Source of the DNA: Octopus vulgaris
Taxonomy: Eukaryota
DNA: 248,000 nt
NCBI GenBank assembly: GCA_951406725.2
Contig: OX597821.1
Span: 102,196,001-102,444,000, forward strand
Direction of reading: 5' to 3'
Every line of letters starts with the position of its first letter. Positions within the stretch are counted from its first letter, which is position 1. Below the pieces are notes generated by a model. That model did no database searches. It was not told the DNA's origin and saw only the letters and a list, made by a program, of their open reading frames with translations. Made by a program: the position numbers and the translations under genes. Of this stretch, positions 29,720 to 45,500 are shown piece by piece.

Positions 29720-32700
29720 CTGGAATATAAAATAAAAAGAAAATAATATAAAATAATATAAAAAAGAGAAAAAAGAAAGAAAAGTGCTGGAAGCCTACCA
29801 ATTGGTTAGCTGGCCAAATAACCAGTCAATGGTTTTTAAAAAAAATGTTTATGTTGCCTGGTGCAGTAACAAATCTGCCAGCTTGCTGCCCTATACTACT
29901 ACTACTAACAATAATGATAATAATAATAATTATGGCTTCAAATTTTGGCACAAGGTCAGCAAAGTTGGGGGAGGGGGATAAATTAATTACATCAACCTCA
30001 GTGCTTGGTTCTCATTTTATCAACTCTGAAAGGACGAAAGGCAAAATCGACCTCAGCAGAATTTGAACTCATAATGTAAAGATAGACAAAATGCTGCTAA
30101 GCATTTTGCCCAGCGTACTAATGATTCTACCAGCTTGCCGCCTTACTACTTACTACTAATAATAATAATCCTTTCTACTAACAGCACAAGCCTGAAATTT
30201 TGGGGTGAGGGTTAGTTGATTATATAAATCCCAGTACATAACTGGTACCTATTAAGTCGACCTCGGCTGAATTTGAACTCAGAACACAAGGAGTGATGAA
30301 CTGTCACTTGTCACTAAGCATTTTGCCTGGCATGCTAATGATTCTTCCAGCTCACCATCTTAATAATAATAATAATAGGAGGAGTCAGGAAGATACTCTG
30401 CAAGAAATGGAAACAAAATTGAAAGAAGAAAAAACTCATAATAATGTGTTGCTTACTCTAATCACAGCTAGAATATTGTTGAGCACATGTCTGCTACTAT
30501 TGGCATCTAGTGGACCCTGAAGAACTGCAGAATCAATAAGGATCTGACATAATCCAGAATATTCTTGTAAACCTAAAATAGTGGAAACGAAAAATATACT
30601 ACAAAAAAATCTCATGTTTAATATTCAAATGATTTATACAATTGAATCATCATCATCATTTAACATCCGCTTTCCATACTAGCATGGGTTGGATGATTTG
30701 ACTGAGGACTGGCAAACCAGATGGCTGCACCAGGCTCCAATCTGATCTGGCAGAGTTTCTACAGCTGGATGCCCTTAACGCCAACCACTCCGAGAATGTA
30801 GTGGGTGCTTTTATGTGCCACTGGCACGAGGGCCAGTCAGGTGGGACTGGCAACGGCCACGCTCAAGTGGTGTTTTTTACATGCCACCTGCATAGGAGCC
30901 AGTCCAACAGCACTGGCAACGACCTCGCTCAAATGTTTTCCGTGTGCCACCAGCACAAGTGCCAGTAAGGTGACACTGGTAACGATCACGCTCGGATGGT
31001 GCTCTTAGCACTCCACTGGCACGGGTCCCAGTCATTGAATTTGCAAATTTGACTTGATTTCGATTTCACTTGCCTCAAAGGTCTTTGCAAACAGAGTTTA
31101 GTGTCCAATGAAGGAAAGGTATGCATAAGTGGGCTGGTTACACTCCTGGTATAGGCCACGGGTTATGGTCTCACTTGGCTTGCCGGGTCTTCTCACAGAC
31201 TAAAAGACTGACCTTCCTATTGATTTCGCTGAACTCTTGTTGATAACTTATTTGTTTCACACAAAATACACTAACAAACCTCATGTACTTGGTAGAGCAG
31301 TAGGAATTTCTGGTACCATAAAATGAAGTCATATCCTAGGTTGGAGAGGACTTTTTAGTCCTGTTGAGGATATAGCTACCTCTCTAATGCTAGTGCCATG
31401 ATACAATGCACCCAATACACTGTGTAAGGTGGTTGGTGATAAGAAGAGCATCCAGTGGTAGAAATCAAGCCAAGGATCAGATTGGGGCTTGGTGCAGCCT
31501 CCTGCCTTGCCAGTCAAATCATCCAATCCATGCCAGCATGGAAAACGGACGTTAAACAATGATGATGATGAAATATACAAAAAAGCAGGGTGAGTGTCTT
31601 CTACTACAGCTCCAGGCTGACCAAAGCCTTGTGAGTGGATTTGGTAGTCAGAAACTAAAAAAGCCTGCTGTATATACTGTGTGTGTATGTGTAGGGGTGT
31701 ATTTGAGTGTGTGTGTGTCTGGTTTCCTTGTCTGGTCATCATGCGATGACTGCAAATGAGCATCACTGTTATAAAAGAGATGATGTTTTTTTTCCAGTCT
31801 GTCGTGAAAAACATGTCTGGCAATGGAGAAATATTATCTTGTTTAGGAAACAGGTGAGAGTTGGCAACAGGAAGGACATCTAGTTGTAAAAACCACACCA
31901 AACAGTCAAGCCAGATGCAGTCTTTTGGCTTGCCAGCTCCTGTCAAACTGTCCAGTCCATATGACAGCATGAAAAATGGACAGTAAATGATGATGAGGAT
32001 CACACACACACACACACATGTATTAATGTATGAGTATATGTGTTTGTGTGTGTGTATGTGTGTTTACAGCAGACTCATGCCTGGTAAATCCATGGGACAT
32101 GGATTTTTTTCTGAAGGTAAAGTACAATCATGTGAGGTTTGAACTTAGACTGTAAAGAGACGTAACCAAATACCACACAGTACCGACCTCTAACAATTGT
32201 ACCATATCAGTGTGTATTTTTGAAATTCCATTCCAAACAAACCTAGTTTTCCTTCTTCACATACACACAGAGAGTCAGACATGCACATCAACAAAGAGAC
32301 TTCTATATGGTTGTTTGACTCACAAGAAATAGCAACCAAACATCCCTTGAGTCATATGCTACAGTCTTAAAAATGGAAGGACATGATACAGAATGTAGTC
32401 TCTGATAAAATAAACCTGGAGAGATGCTCACACTGAACTGTCTTTTGAGCAGAGATTTGGTTTTGAATAGGGAACTGCCCTGAGATTGAACATCAACATT
32501 AAATACATACAAACATGCATCCTGCATTCCTGGATGCATCTTGCCTTCCCAGATGCAACCAGCATTCTCACATGCATTCTGCATTCACACATGCAAGCAG
32601 AAAATATAAATAGTGAAATATTGAAAAGAAAAAAGAAAACTTACCTGTAATATCGAAGAAAGGTACAACTGGGAGAAAATTTGCTTGACAAGGCACAACA

Positions 32701-35700
32701 AGTTGTTTCTGGTGTAAAAGATGCTTCAAAAACTGACAAACCAGAATACATTCTGAACTTAACAAATTAGGAATTAGCTGAAAAAGAAAATTGACAATAG
32801 AAACTACTATGTGATGCTCCAGCATGGTCACCCAGCCCAATACTAAGTGATTAGTGAAAGAATAAAAAAATCATCATCATCAACATTTAACGTCCGCTTT
32901 CCATGCTAGCATGGGTTGGACGATTTTGACTGAGGTCTGGCGAACAACCAGATGGCTGCGCCAGGCTCCAATCTTGATCTGGCAGAGTTTCTACAGCTGG
33001 ATGTCCTTCCCAACGCCAGGAAATAGAAGTATATATTTTCCATGGCTAAGAGACATGAGCATTTTTACACATACATATACAAAGGATGGATGTTTAGTTT
33101 CTGCTTATCAAATTCACTCAGCCTGAGGCTGTAGCTAAAAGTGCCACACACACACATCATCATCATCATCATCATTCATTTAGCGTCCGTTTTCCATGCT
33201 AGCATGGGTTGGACGGTTCAACTGGGGTCTGGGGAGCCCGAAGGCTGCACCAGGCCAGTCAGATCTGGCAGTGTTTCTACAGCTGGATGCCCTTCCTAAC
33301 GCCAACCACTCCGAGAGTGTAGTGGGTGATTTTATGTGCCACCGACACAGGTGCCAGACGAGGCTGGCGAACGGCCACGCTCGGATGGTGTTTTTTATGT
33401 GCCACCGACACAGGTGCCAGACGAGGCTGGCAGACAGCCACGCTCGGATGGTGTTTTTACACACTTATATATATGATGATGATGATGATATATATATACA
33501 TACATACATACATACATATGGCACCACAACAGAATTGATTTCCTAAAACCAAGGTGCTACATGAAAAAGCACTGGTGTTGGTGCCACATAAAAAGCACCC
33601 AGTACACTCTGTAAAGTGGTTGGCATTAGGAGGGGCAGCCAGCTGTAGAAACTAAGCAAAAACAGACAATGGAACTGGGTGTGTACCCTGGCCTTGTCAG
33701 TTCCTATTAAGCTGTCCAACCTATGCCAGCTTCGAAAATGGACGTTAAATCATGATGATATATATGTGTGTGTGTGTGTATATACATAGTAATATATATG
33801 TGAAAAGGTTGAATTATAATTCATCCTTTTACTTTGGAGGGTTCCAAAAAAAGTGATTTCTAATAAAGATTCTTTATATTTTGCTGGTAGCTTACAGCCC
33901 CAAACTCTTGTTCTCGTTGCATTCTAGCAGCCTCCTATATACTACATTCACTAGCTTAATTTCATTCTCATGCATAAATTTTTTTTCAAGGACACACCAT
34001 ACCGAATATTGCTTGTAACTGTCAAGTCATATCCTAATTCAAACATAACTATGCTTTTTCCATTGGACATCTCTATAAAACCACTACATTTGTTCATCCA
34101 ATAAATGACTTATTTATCTACTTACTCTTCTATAGAGGGAATGTCTCTTAAAACCTTTTTCACTCATATTTTCAAATAACCGTTAGTTGCCTCAGTTTTA
34201 GCTTATACACAACTAAACTCACATTCTTTATTAAGATGCTCTCAATTTTCATAAGGATAAATATGTATATCCAAATTTGTTCTCTGCTATTTCCTTCATC
34301 AAGTCCTCTGTAATAATAATTTTTGATTATGCTTCTTGCACTGAGAAGAACAGTGATATGTAATTAATTTAATTTAATCAAATTAATTTAATTATACTAC
34401 CATGAATTTACATGTTAATATCGCTGTTTGAAATGATCGTATGTATGTACTAAAATTCTTTTAAATTTTAACATCTCTTCTCCATTTTTAACAAACTTGT
34501 TGAGTTCTATAGGATACCTTTCCATAAATTCACATAACACACTATATATATATATATATGATAGATAGAGAGAGATATATACTGGCTGCATGGTTAAAAA
34601 GAAGTTTGCTTTCCAATCATATGGTTTGGGGTTCAGTCCCACTGTGTAGCACCTTGGGCGAGTAAGTATCTTCTAGTATAGCCCTGAGCCAACTAAAGCC
34701 TTGTGAGTGGATCTGATAAGCAGAAACTGAAAGTAACCCATCATAAGTATGTGTGTGTGTGTCCCTGTGCATCACCCATCATACAAGTGGTGTCCCTCAT
34801 TTCTAATATCCTGTAAAAGCACATCTGCCCCATGGCAAAATATTACCTTGTTTGGAAACAGGTGAAGCTTGGCAACAGAAAGGGCATCCAACCGCAGAAA
34901 ATCTTGGTCGATGCCAGTGCTGGCTGATTGGTCCTGTACTGGTGGCATATACAAAGCACCATTCAAGTGTGGTTGTTGCCAGTGCCGCCTGACTGGCTCC
35001 CATGTGTTGGTGGCATGTAAAAAGCACCATTCAAGCATGGTCAATGGCAGTACTGCCTGACTGGCCCATGTACCGGTGGCATGTAAAAAACACCCACTAC
35101 ACTCATGGAATGGTTGGCGTTAGGAAGGGCATCCAGCTGTAGAAACTTTGCCAGATCAGATTGGGGCATGGTGCAGCCTTCTGGTTTGACAGCTCTCAGT
35201 CAAACCATCCAACCCACGCCAGCATGGAAAGTGGACATTAAACGATGATGATGATGAAGCAGGAGTAAAGTGGACATTAAAAAAACTGAAGACAATGACA
35301 TTATACTTATCAAACTCACCTGAGCCAAAGCTAGACAAACATGATCTCTGCTTAGATGTAAATTGCTAGGGAAATGTTCACTCATCTCTTGACAAAATTC
35401 CTCATCAATACTGACAAATCTCAGAAGGTTCAATGTTTGAGAAAGATCTACAAAGAAAACTTTATTGTGTAAAATGAAGGAATTTCTGTGGCCATGATGT
35501 CTTGGCATTTAATTATAATTTATAGCAGTGTGCAACACAAATATTATTTCAATGACAAAATATCAAAAATTAATGTCATATAATACAAATTTTGTTGCTA
35601 GTTTGGATTTTAACCAAACGAGGAAGAAGAAAAGGATAAATTAAGTACATACCACAGTCATGTAGTAAATTCTGTGTCTTGAGGAATTGACAGCAAATTG

Positions 35701-36559
35701 ACTGGTTCACCTGCAGAATGGAACGATTATCTTGTTATACACATCTGTAGTAATTTTCATCTTCAAATTGCAAAATGGTATTTTAAATCAACCAACATGT
35801 CCTTTAGTATGAAATAGAACATTCTGTTCTTTGCAAAAAGCACTCATTCATCATCATCGTTTAGCATCCGCTTTCCATGCTAGCATGGGTTGGACAGTTT
35901 AACTGGGGTCTGGGAAGCCAGAAGGCTGCACCAGGCCCAGTCTTATCTGGCAATGTTTCTACGGCTGGATGCCCTTCTTAACGCCAACCACTCCATGAGT
36001 GTAGTGGGTGCTTTTTACGTGACACCGGCACAGGTGCCAGACGAGGTTGGCAAACGGCCACGATCGGATGGTGCTTTTTACGTGCCACAAAAGCTGTCAG
36101 CTGTGCACCTCAGAATCTTATGAAATTCTATTCTCATCCTCCAACTACTTAATGACATTCAGGATTAAACCGATCTTGCAGATATAAAATTTTTAAAACT
36201 TTAAATATTTCAAACCAATTATCATCATCATTGTTTAACGTCTGCTCTCCATACTAGCATGGGTTGGATGATTTGACTGAGGACTGGCGAACCAGATGAC
36301 TGCACCAGGCTCCAATCTGATCTGGCAGAGTTTCTACAGCTGGATGCCCTTCCTAACGCCAACCACTCTGAGAGTGGAGTGGGTGCTTTTACGTGCCAGT
36401 AAGGTAACGCTGGTAACGATCACACTCGAATGGTGCTTTTTACGTGCCACCGGCATGGAAGCCAGTTAGCTGCTCTGATAACGATCACACTTGGAATTAC
36501 TCACGCTCGGATTATATTTTCCAAATTTAATAAAACATAATATTAATTATGTAAGTACA

Positions 36560-36594
<35 letters not shown>

Positions 36595-39500
36595 ATTATT
36601 TTAACCTCAATTCAGCCTTGAGTAAACAAACCTATGATTAAAGGCATTCCTACCATTTTCTTTTTATCTCTGATTACCTGATTAGCTTATACTTACATCA
36701 TTCTCATTTATACACAACAGCTTCCTAAGTCTGAATTTAACTGTCCAGTCCAAAGATTTTATTTCTTCTTTCAACCACAACACAATATTTCCTGTAAAAA
36801 TGATCAGGAAAGAAACAAGAGAAAACAAATCAACATCTCCACATTTTATGAAATAAAATACAATCATAGCCTATGAAAACATATTTAAGATTATCTTTTC
36901 TTGTCTGATTTTATGATGTGTAATCTTTATACTTTAGTAGAATCACCATCCGAACGTGGTGGATGCCAGTGCCACCTTGACTGGCTTCTGTGTCAGTGGC
37001 GCGTGACCTGCTGTGCTTGAGGAGACTTATTGAGTCAAGTACATCAACATCAAAATGAATATCAAATGGAAATTGTAGTTGTGATACCTGTGCCGGTGGC
37101 ACGTAAAAGACACCATCCGAATGTGGCCGATGCCAGCTCCACCATGACTGGCTTCTGTGCCGGTGGCACGTAAAAAGCACCAACCGATTGTGGCCGCTAC
37201 CAGCCTCCCCTGGCACGTAAAAAGCACCCACTACACTCACAGAGTGGTTGGCATTAGGAAGGGCATCCAGCTGTAGAAACACTGCCAGATCAGACTGGAG
37301 CCTGGTGCAGCCTTCTGGCTTCCCAGAACCCAGTTGAACCATCCAACCTGTGCTAGCACGGAAAACGGACGTTAAATGATGATGATGATGACGAATCCAA
37401 CATTTAGTAATTGGTCATAAAAAATTGACATAATTCTCTACGTATGGTTAAAAAGCTTGCTTCCCAACCATGTCGTCTTGAGTTCAATTCAACTGTGTGA
37501 CACCTTGGGCATGTCTTCTACTACAGCTAGGCCCAGGTTAATCAACAAATGCAGTGAATTTCAACCATAATATGCTAAGAAAAGGGTTAATTAAATTGGT
37601 CTTTTCTTCACCCATCATATATCTTTTTCCTTGTTTCATTCATTAGACTGTGGCCATGCTGGAGCACCATCTTGAACAACTTCAATTGAACAAATCAACC
37701 ACAGTGCTTTTCTTTTCTTAAAGCCTGGCACTTATTCTGTTGGTCTCTTCTGCTGAACTGCCAAGTTACTGGGATGTAAACTCACCAGCACCGTTAAGCA
37801 GTGGAGTGGGAGGCAAACACACACATTGAACGGGCTTCTTTCAGTTATAGTCTCACAAATCTACTCACGATGCTTTGATCAGCCCGAGGTTATAGTAGAA
37901 GACACTTGCCCATATGCCATGCAGTGGGACTGAACCTGGAACCATGTGCTTGGGAAGCAAACTTCTTACCACACAGCCATATTATATATATATATGTGTG
38001 TGTGGAAGGGTGTGCCTCTCAGGTGGAGGTCTAAAAAGACATGTTAAGAGAGTGTATATGGTGACACCTGTTTCTCCTGCCAGCCAACCAGCACAGCTGT
38101 CTAGCATATGATAAAATGTGTAAAAGCTTGGCTGGGCTTAAAAGTCATATAAGGGCATCACATGGCAAGAATCATGAATCATTTCAGTAAGTCTTCTTGG
38201 CAATGGCTTTTCTCGTGTAACGAGGATGCAGCTGTGATATATATATATATATATATATATAATTATTTGAGGGAATATTAATCCAAACTTACAGGGAAAA
38301 AAATTCAATTTAGAAATACTAAATCAAATTTCACACAATATAATATATATATATATATAAAAATTAGAAAAAAAAACACCTTTTATCAATTCAAAATGAA
38401 CAATTCTTATAATTTTAATATTTCTATTATATGTAATTTTCTAGATGGTGTAATTTAATCGTTCATTTTGAATTGATAAAAGGTGTTTTTTGTCTAATTT
38501 ATATATATATATATAGCTAACCTTGTGCAACATGAACAAAGTAAGCTCTTCTGTGGCACATATTATGAGCAGGCCTCTAGTCTGAGGATAATCCATAGCT
38601 CATGAATCTTGGGATACCCCCTCTATCCTTCCTATTGTCAGAAGTACTAAAGAGTGCTACTCCTTGTACCCAGATGAAATGACTGAAAAAAAAAGGTAAA
38701 CAAAGATGAATGAATATATAAATTCTGACTCACCTTGAACAAGAGTATAATTGTTTATCAAGATCTCAACCACTTGATCTATTAAACTAATCAGCAGTGC
38801 TTTCATGTTGACCAATTGTTTTGCTTGGTTGACATCTTCCCAGAATTCAGTGCAGTCATTCAATGCATAACAGAACTGTAGAAGGACAACATGGAGCTGT
38901 ATGTTGTCAAGACACGATTTAATCTGGGATTCTTCACAGCTGAACACAACTGATGCCAAATGTAACAGCAAGACAGGGTTATGGAGGTGGCAGTCGGTTG
39001 AAGTAAGTAAATGAAGATGTGGTAGGATATAAATTCTGAGAATTTCAGTAGTCTGCAGGAGAATTTGTTTTATTCCATATTTTTGGCAAACACCTATGGA
39101 AAATGGCTGGAGATGAGGTGGGAAAAAGAAAGTAAACCAAAATATAAAAATCTTCATCATCATCATCATCAACATCATTCAACGTCCATTTTCTATGCTG
39201 GCATGGGTTAGATGGCTTGACAGGAACTGGCAGGGCCAGGGGGCTGCACCAGTCTCCATTGTCTGTTCTGGCATGATTTCTAAGGCTTAATGCCACCCCT
39301 AACACCACTTCATAGAGTGTAGTGGGTGCTTTTTACATAGCATCAGCACCAATGCTTTTTATGTGGCAAAGAACAATATAATATATAATTCTGCTAATAT
39401 AAGATTTCTGGGGGTTATTATACCCATCAGGCATGGTGGCTGTGTGGTTAAGAAGTCTGCTTGACAAAACTTGTGATCCTGGGATCAATCCTGTTGGGTG

Positions 39501-42500
39501 ACAGACAACATTGGATATGCAGAAAAGAAATATGAGTGCACAAGAAGTGCAGTTAGATTAGAGACAGGTTGACAGAGAAGGACTTTGTCTGTAGCAGTTG
39601 CAGTGTTAGTGTGCATGGGCTGAAAGGACAATTAAAAGGAATCAGATGTTGTGTGCAAGAGAGAAGGCTGAGCTGGTATGGACAAGGGATGTGTATGGAG
39701 GATGGCAGTTGAGAAGAGAGTTGTAAAGTGATCTGTGGGAAAGGAAGACAAGGGAAAACATGGTGAAAGTTGATCTTGAGATGCTGGATCTCATGAAAAG
39801 ATGGACAAGTGTCTGCAACAAGCAACAAGTGCTGTGTTGGAGATGACTCAGCCAACCCTTGCAAGCATAGAAAAAACAAATGTAAATATGTATCATCATC
39901 ATTATTTAATGTCTGGTTTCCTTACTGGCATGGGTTGGATGCTTTGACAGGATCTGACGAGCTACAGAACTGTCAAACAAGGCGGCGAGCTGGCAGAAAC
40001 GTTAGCACACTGGGTAAAATGCTTAGCGGTATTTCGTTTGCCGCTACGTTCTGAGTTCAAATTCCACCGAGGCTGACTTTGCCTTTCATCCTTTCGGGGT
40101 CAATTAAATAAGTACCAGTTACGCATTGGGGTCGATACAATCGACTTAATTCATTTGTCTGTCCCCACTGTGTGTAGCCCCTTGTGGGCATTAAAGAAAT
40201 AAGAACTGTCAACTTTGAGATGGCTTCAATGGCTGAATACCCTACCTAATACCAACCACTTTACATTGAGTATTCAATGCTTTTGTTTTCATGCAGCTAG
40301 TATTAGCCAGGCCACCAAATAACTTGCAACAGAAGTTGGGCCTTCGTAAGTGTCAACTATGGAGTGAGGAAGTATTTAAGAGGAAGAGGTGGTTTTATAC
40401 CAGGTGTTGAGAGGTTTAAGTATGATAGAGGGACAAACACAGGTGCCTAGCTATAGAGGAGATACATAGCTACCCAACATTATATAAGGGTGGATGGGAG
40501 TAGCTGGAAAGAAAATGGAGATGATGGTGACAAGATGCCAGAGCTGTTTAAGATAAAAATATGTGTGTCTAAGAGACAAGCCCTTTGGCGATATGCTGTG
40601 CCTAAGAAGACTCGTCAAGCCAAGTGAAATCTTAGTTGTGACCAATGGTGGTGTCATGTAACTGGCACCCATGCCAATGGCATATAAAATACATTCAATA
40701 TATTCTGGGAATAGTTGGCATTAGAAAGGGCATCCAGCCATAACGACTAAGTCAAAATCGAACTGGAACCTGGTGCAGCTCTCCAGCTTACCAGTTTTCA
40801 GTCAAACCATTTAACCCATGCCAGCATGGAAAGCAGATGTTAAATAATGATGATATATATATATAATTAACAAATATGTATTAAAATAATCATACTGTTA
40901 AAAGCTGCTGCAAAAGTTTAATGAAAGTATTTTGCTGTTTTTCATCCATTGGTTCTGAGGAGGTAATTTCAAATAGCTGAGAACCAAGAAGACTCTCTGA
41001 TAGTAGATCTTCATCTTCAATGGTTGTATAACGTTTCTTAGACTTGCAAGAATTTGGTAACAGCTGCAACATCTGAAAATAAAGGAGGAAAATAAAAGTG
41101 AAAGATGGATTTTCTTTAAATGTTCACCTTCCTAGCCCGCTACATTTATGCTGGGAAGTAAAAAGAGCCAATCTGCTCAAGAGAAAAAAAAACTGTTGAA
41201 TGTCTATTAACTCTTGATACAAACCCACCGAGATCACCCATGGTTCTATGATACAAACTTCATGTTTCTAAAAATTCTAAATTAGAACCTTTCATCAAAA
41301 TTTCATATCAATTTATATTCAAAAACCAGCTCAATAATGACAAAATTATTTTACTAAATTCTTAATTACTTTAAAAAATTAATTGAAACAAAGACAGAGT
41401 ATTTCAGCAGAAATGTACCAAAATGGTTTATATATTTGTGTGGTTAAGCAGTTCCATCATATATATGTATATATATATATAATAATAGAAGGGTAAAATT
41501 TATTAATTAATTAATCAATTAACAATTTTAACAAGTAGATCGGTATGTTAAAATAACCTTTATAGGTAAAATTATCCACATAATTATAACTAGGGTTCAG
41601 CTAACTGCTTCACCACATACCAAAATTAGAAATAGGAGTTAAAAATTCCTTTCCTGCTACTATAAGAATCTTCATGACGGTAAACATACTTTTTTATGAA
41701 GGCAAAGAGAAAAACGATGAACCAACGCGACCAGGATTAATTATATACGCGTTCCGAGATTATAGTAATTCAATTTTACTTACTTCTCTCTTCAGTATAA
41801 TATTTCCAATTTTTATAAAATTTGAAAGTGCTAGGGCTGAATATACACACAATTGAGTGTCATCATGTAACAGATATCCAACCAATACTTCTAAATTTTT
41901 AACTCCTGTTTCTAATTTCGGTATGTGGTGAAGTAGTTAGCTGAACCCTAATTACGATTATCATCATCATCATCATCATCGTTTAACGTCTGCTTTCCAT
42001 GGGTTGGACGATTTTGACTGAGGGCTGGTGAACCAGATGGCTGCAATCTTGATCTGGCAGAGTTTCTACAGCTGGATGCCCTTCTTAACACCAACCACTC
42101 CGAGAGTGTAGTGGGTGCTTTTTACATGCCACCGGCATGGGGGCCAGTCAGGTGGTACTGGCAATGACCTCGCTCGAATCTTTCTACACATTCCACTGGC
42201 ACAGGTGCCAGTAAGGCGATGTTGGTAACGATCACGCTCGAATGGTGCCCTTTTACGTGCCACGGCACGGGGGTCAGTCAGATGGTACTGGCAATGATCT
42301 CGCTCGAATCTTTTTACACATGCCACTGGCACAGGTGCCATATATGTATATGTACATATCATGTACTTCCATACAATTTCTGCCCGGGATTAAGATCAAG
42401 TTCTGCTTATGATGTGCTTGTTTCCAGGCAGGGTGTTCAATTCTGCATGTTTCAGTTGCTTTACAACCATTGTGTGTGTGTGTGTGTGTGCATAGATATA

Positions 42501-45500
42501 TGTACATTTAAACAATCAAGGAAAGGTAACTCCTGCTATAATATGTCAAAATATCATGGGAAGAGTGTGAAAAATTAATATAACCTTTTAACTTTACATA
42601 CAATAGCAACATCGGTTGTTAAGCAATGTTGGAGGTACAAACACAGATATAATCACACATAAATATATATATATATGTGTGTGTGGAGGCGCAATGGCCT
42701 AGTGGTTAGGGCAGCGGACTCGCGGTTTCGATTCCCAGACCGGGTGTTGTGAGTGTTTATTGAGTGAAAACACCTACAAGCTCCTAGAGGCTCCGGCAGG
42801 GGGTGGTGATCCCTGCTGTACTCTTTCTTCTGTTGGCCTGCTCGCTTAGCCAGCGGGGTGGCGTCATTCAAAGGCTAAAACAATGCGAATGCATTGTGAC
42901 CAGCGATGTGTAACTACATCTGATGGACTGGTCGGTCACGTCACGTGATATATATATACGACGGGTTTCTTTCAGTTTCCGTCTACCAAATCCACTCACA
43001 AGGCTTTGGTTGGGCCCGAGGTTATAGTAGAAGACACTTGGCCAAAGTGCCATGCAGTGGGATTGAACCCAGAACCACACAGCCTATACACATAGGGTCA
43101 AAAACAAGAATATGTTGAGCAAATTCCATGCCAATCACTCATGTGGCTTTTGTTTTAATTTTGTTAAGGATATCTGCCTGTGGAGTAGCAGTACTATCTC
43201 AGATGGAGGGGGGGGGTTGTTCCATTGTGAGGAACACTTGAGCTCTGTATAAGGAATGGTATTGTAAGAATTAAGTTTTACAGTCTTACTTTAACGATGA
43301 CATCCATTTGTTTGGGATTTCTGAGAGCAGTGGCAACAGAGATCTTTATTATTGATTCGATATCCAACAAAGCATACTGGGAAATTTTGTAAGGAATCTG
43401 AAAGGATAAACACACAAAAGAGTCAAAACAGTACCAGAGAAAAATAGTCGTCTCCTTTGTCAAAAAAAAAAGAGAAAAAATCCCCCCAAAACCTGCACAT
43501 AAAAACTGAGCACTATCCATGTTTGGGAGCCAGTCAGGTGGCACTGGCATCAGCCACAACTACAATTTCCATTTTGATTTCAATTTGATTGAGATTCTGA
43601 TTGTGATTTTTGATTTTGATTTTACTTGACTCAATAGGTCTCCTCAAGCAAGGTGTGTCACCTGACGATTCAAAGGCACTTTTTAAATGGGCTGGTTATG
43701 CAACACTGGTATAGGCTACGGCTGTGATCTCACTTTACTTGCTGGGTCTTCTCAATCACTGCATATCTCCAGATGTTATGGTCCCGTCATTGCCTCTGTG
43801 AGGCTCAACATTCCACAAATTTTTGAAGAAAGAGAATGAATAGAGACAAACAGCAACTGATGACTGTGTTTAATAATATGACTATTCCAAAATATAACAA
43901 TATGAAACCAGCAACAGTGTATTTACATTAACCCTGGAGCATTCACATTACTCTGTCAAATGTGATCTAATTTATTCACACTGTTTTGAATTGATCATGC
44001 ATTATCTCATAGCTTCAAGATTTCAATAATGTGATTTTCAGGATGATATTATAGAGTAGGTATGAGAGGCTGGATCTGACCAGTTTGAACATAAAATTGG
44101 TAGAATATTTTGGCCAGGAATGGCCAGTAAGGAATGACAAAGAGTTACTATGGGCTATCATAACAGTATGGGTTTCAATACAAATTCAGATCAAAATTCT
44201 TACAAAAAAAATTCAAAAACATAATCTCTAATATACTGAGTAAACTAGGAAGCTTCTGTGTTGTCATTCAATTTGCAAGAAATAACAGTCAAATCTTGTT
44301 CTGCTATCTTAAAGAAACTTTGCTTATGTAATTCTATCCTACTCTGGAAAGAAACAGATTGGATAGTCGCAGTTGGAATGTACTTTTGATTTGCTTCATC
44401 AAAGAGGATCAAGGGTTAATTAACAACATGAATAACAAATATGGGAACATTAGCTATCTAAGGGAAAAGTTCAAGGATTCTTACAAATATCTTTTGCTTT
44501 TAAGAATTATGCAACCAAGCCAGATTAGAAGAGGGTCAAAGTGAATGTAGAAAAATTAGATTGAATAAAAATGCCCGAAAAGAATGCAGGAAAAATGTAT
44601 CAAAATTAAGAAATATAGAAGTTGTAACCTTTATGTCTCTAATTTCAGTAAGTTTATTCAATTCCATTGTGAATGGCTGCCTGAAATTAGACATTCTTCG
44701 CCACCAGGGTCTATTTTCTTCTTGATCTACGGCAAGGTAAGTCTGGCATATGATGTCATCTTGCAGAAATGATGGAAGGGATGCAAAAGCATTCAGCAAC
44801 ACCTTGAAATAAGAAATGGAAAATAACAGAAATACATTGGTTGCCAACACAGAGCCACAAATTTTGAGGAGGGGGAACGATATAACTGATTGTATTGACA
44901 TCGGTACTTGACTGTTACTTTAGTTGATTGACTGCCATCTCAAGGATAACATGAAATATTACAATCATCATTTAATGTCCATTTTCTTATTTCTTTATTG
45001 CCCACAAGGGGCTAAACATAGAGGGGACAAACAAGGACAGACAAAGGGGTTAAGTCGATTAGATCGACCCCGGTGCGTAACTGGTACTTAATTTATCGAC
45101 CTCGAAAGGATGAAAGGCAAAGTTGACCTCGGAGGAATTTGAACTCAGAACATAAAGATGGATGAGATAACGCTAAGCATTTTGCCTGGTGTGCTAACAA
45201 TTCTGACAGCTTGCTGCCTTAATAATAATAATAAATGCCCTGATGCAGTACCAGACAGTAGTTCCCATGGCTTCTGATCTTAACTGATTGGAAGTGATAT
45301 CATGTACATAATTTTATCTTGATACAAACGATGGGCCACAGCAAATATTCTGCTCAATACCACAGATTTGCTAGTCAGTTGTTTGACCGTAACTAGTTGA
45401 GCATGTCCCTTATTGGCTGACAATGTGTACATCTCTGATCATGAGCAGAAGTAGTGGGGGAGCATCATAGCCATGTGTTAAAAAGAATTTTTTGGGGCTT

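Noticed and set aside
33196-33546. Recurrent ORFs starting MLAWVGRF... (also at 77419, 201721, 222180 and elsewhere)
   Set aside because: They are reading frames through SINE family C; there is no evidence of coding function.
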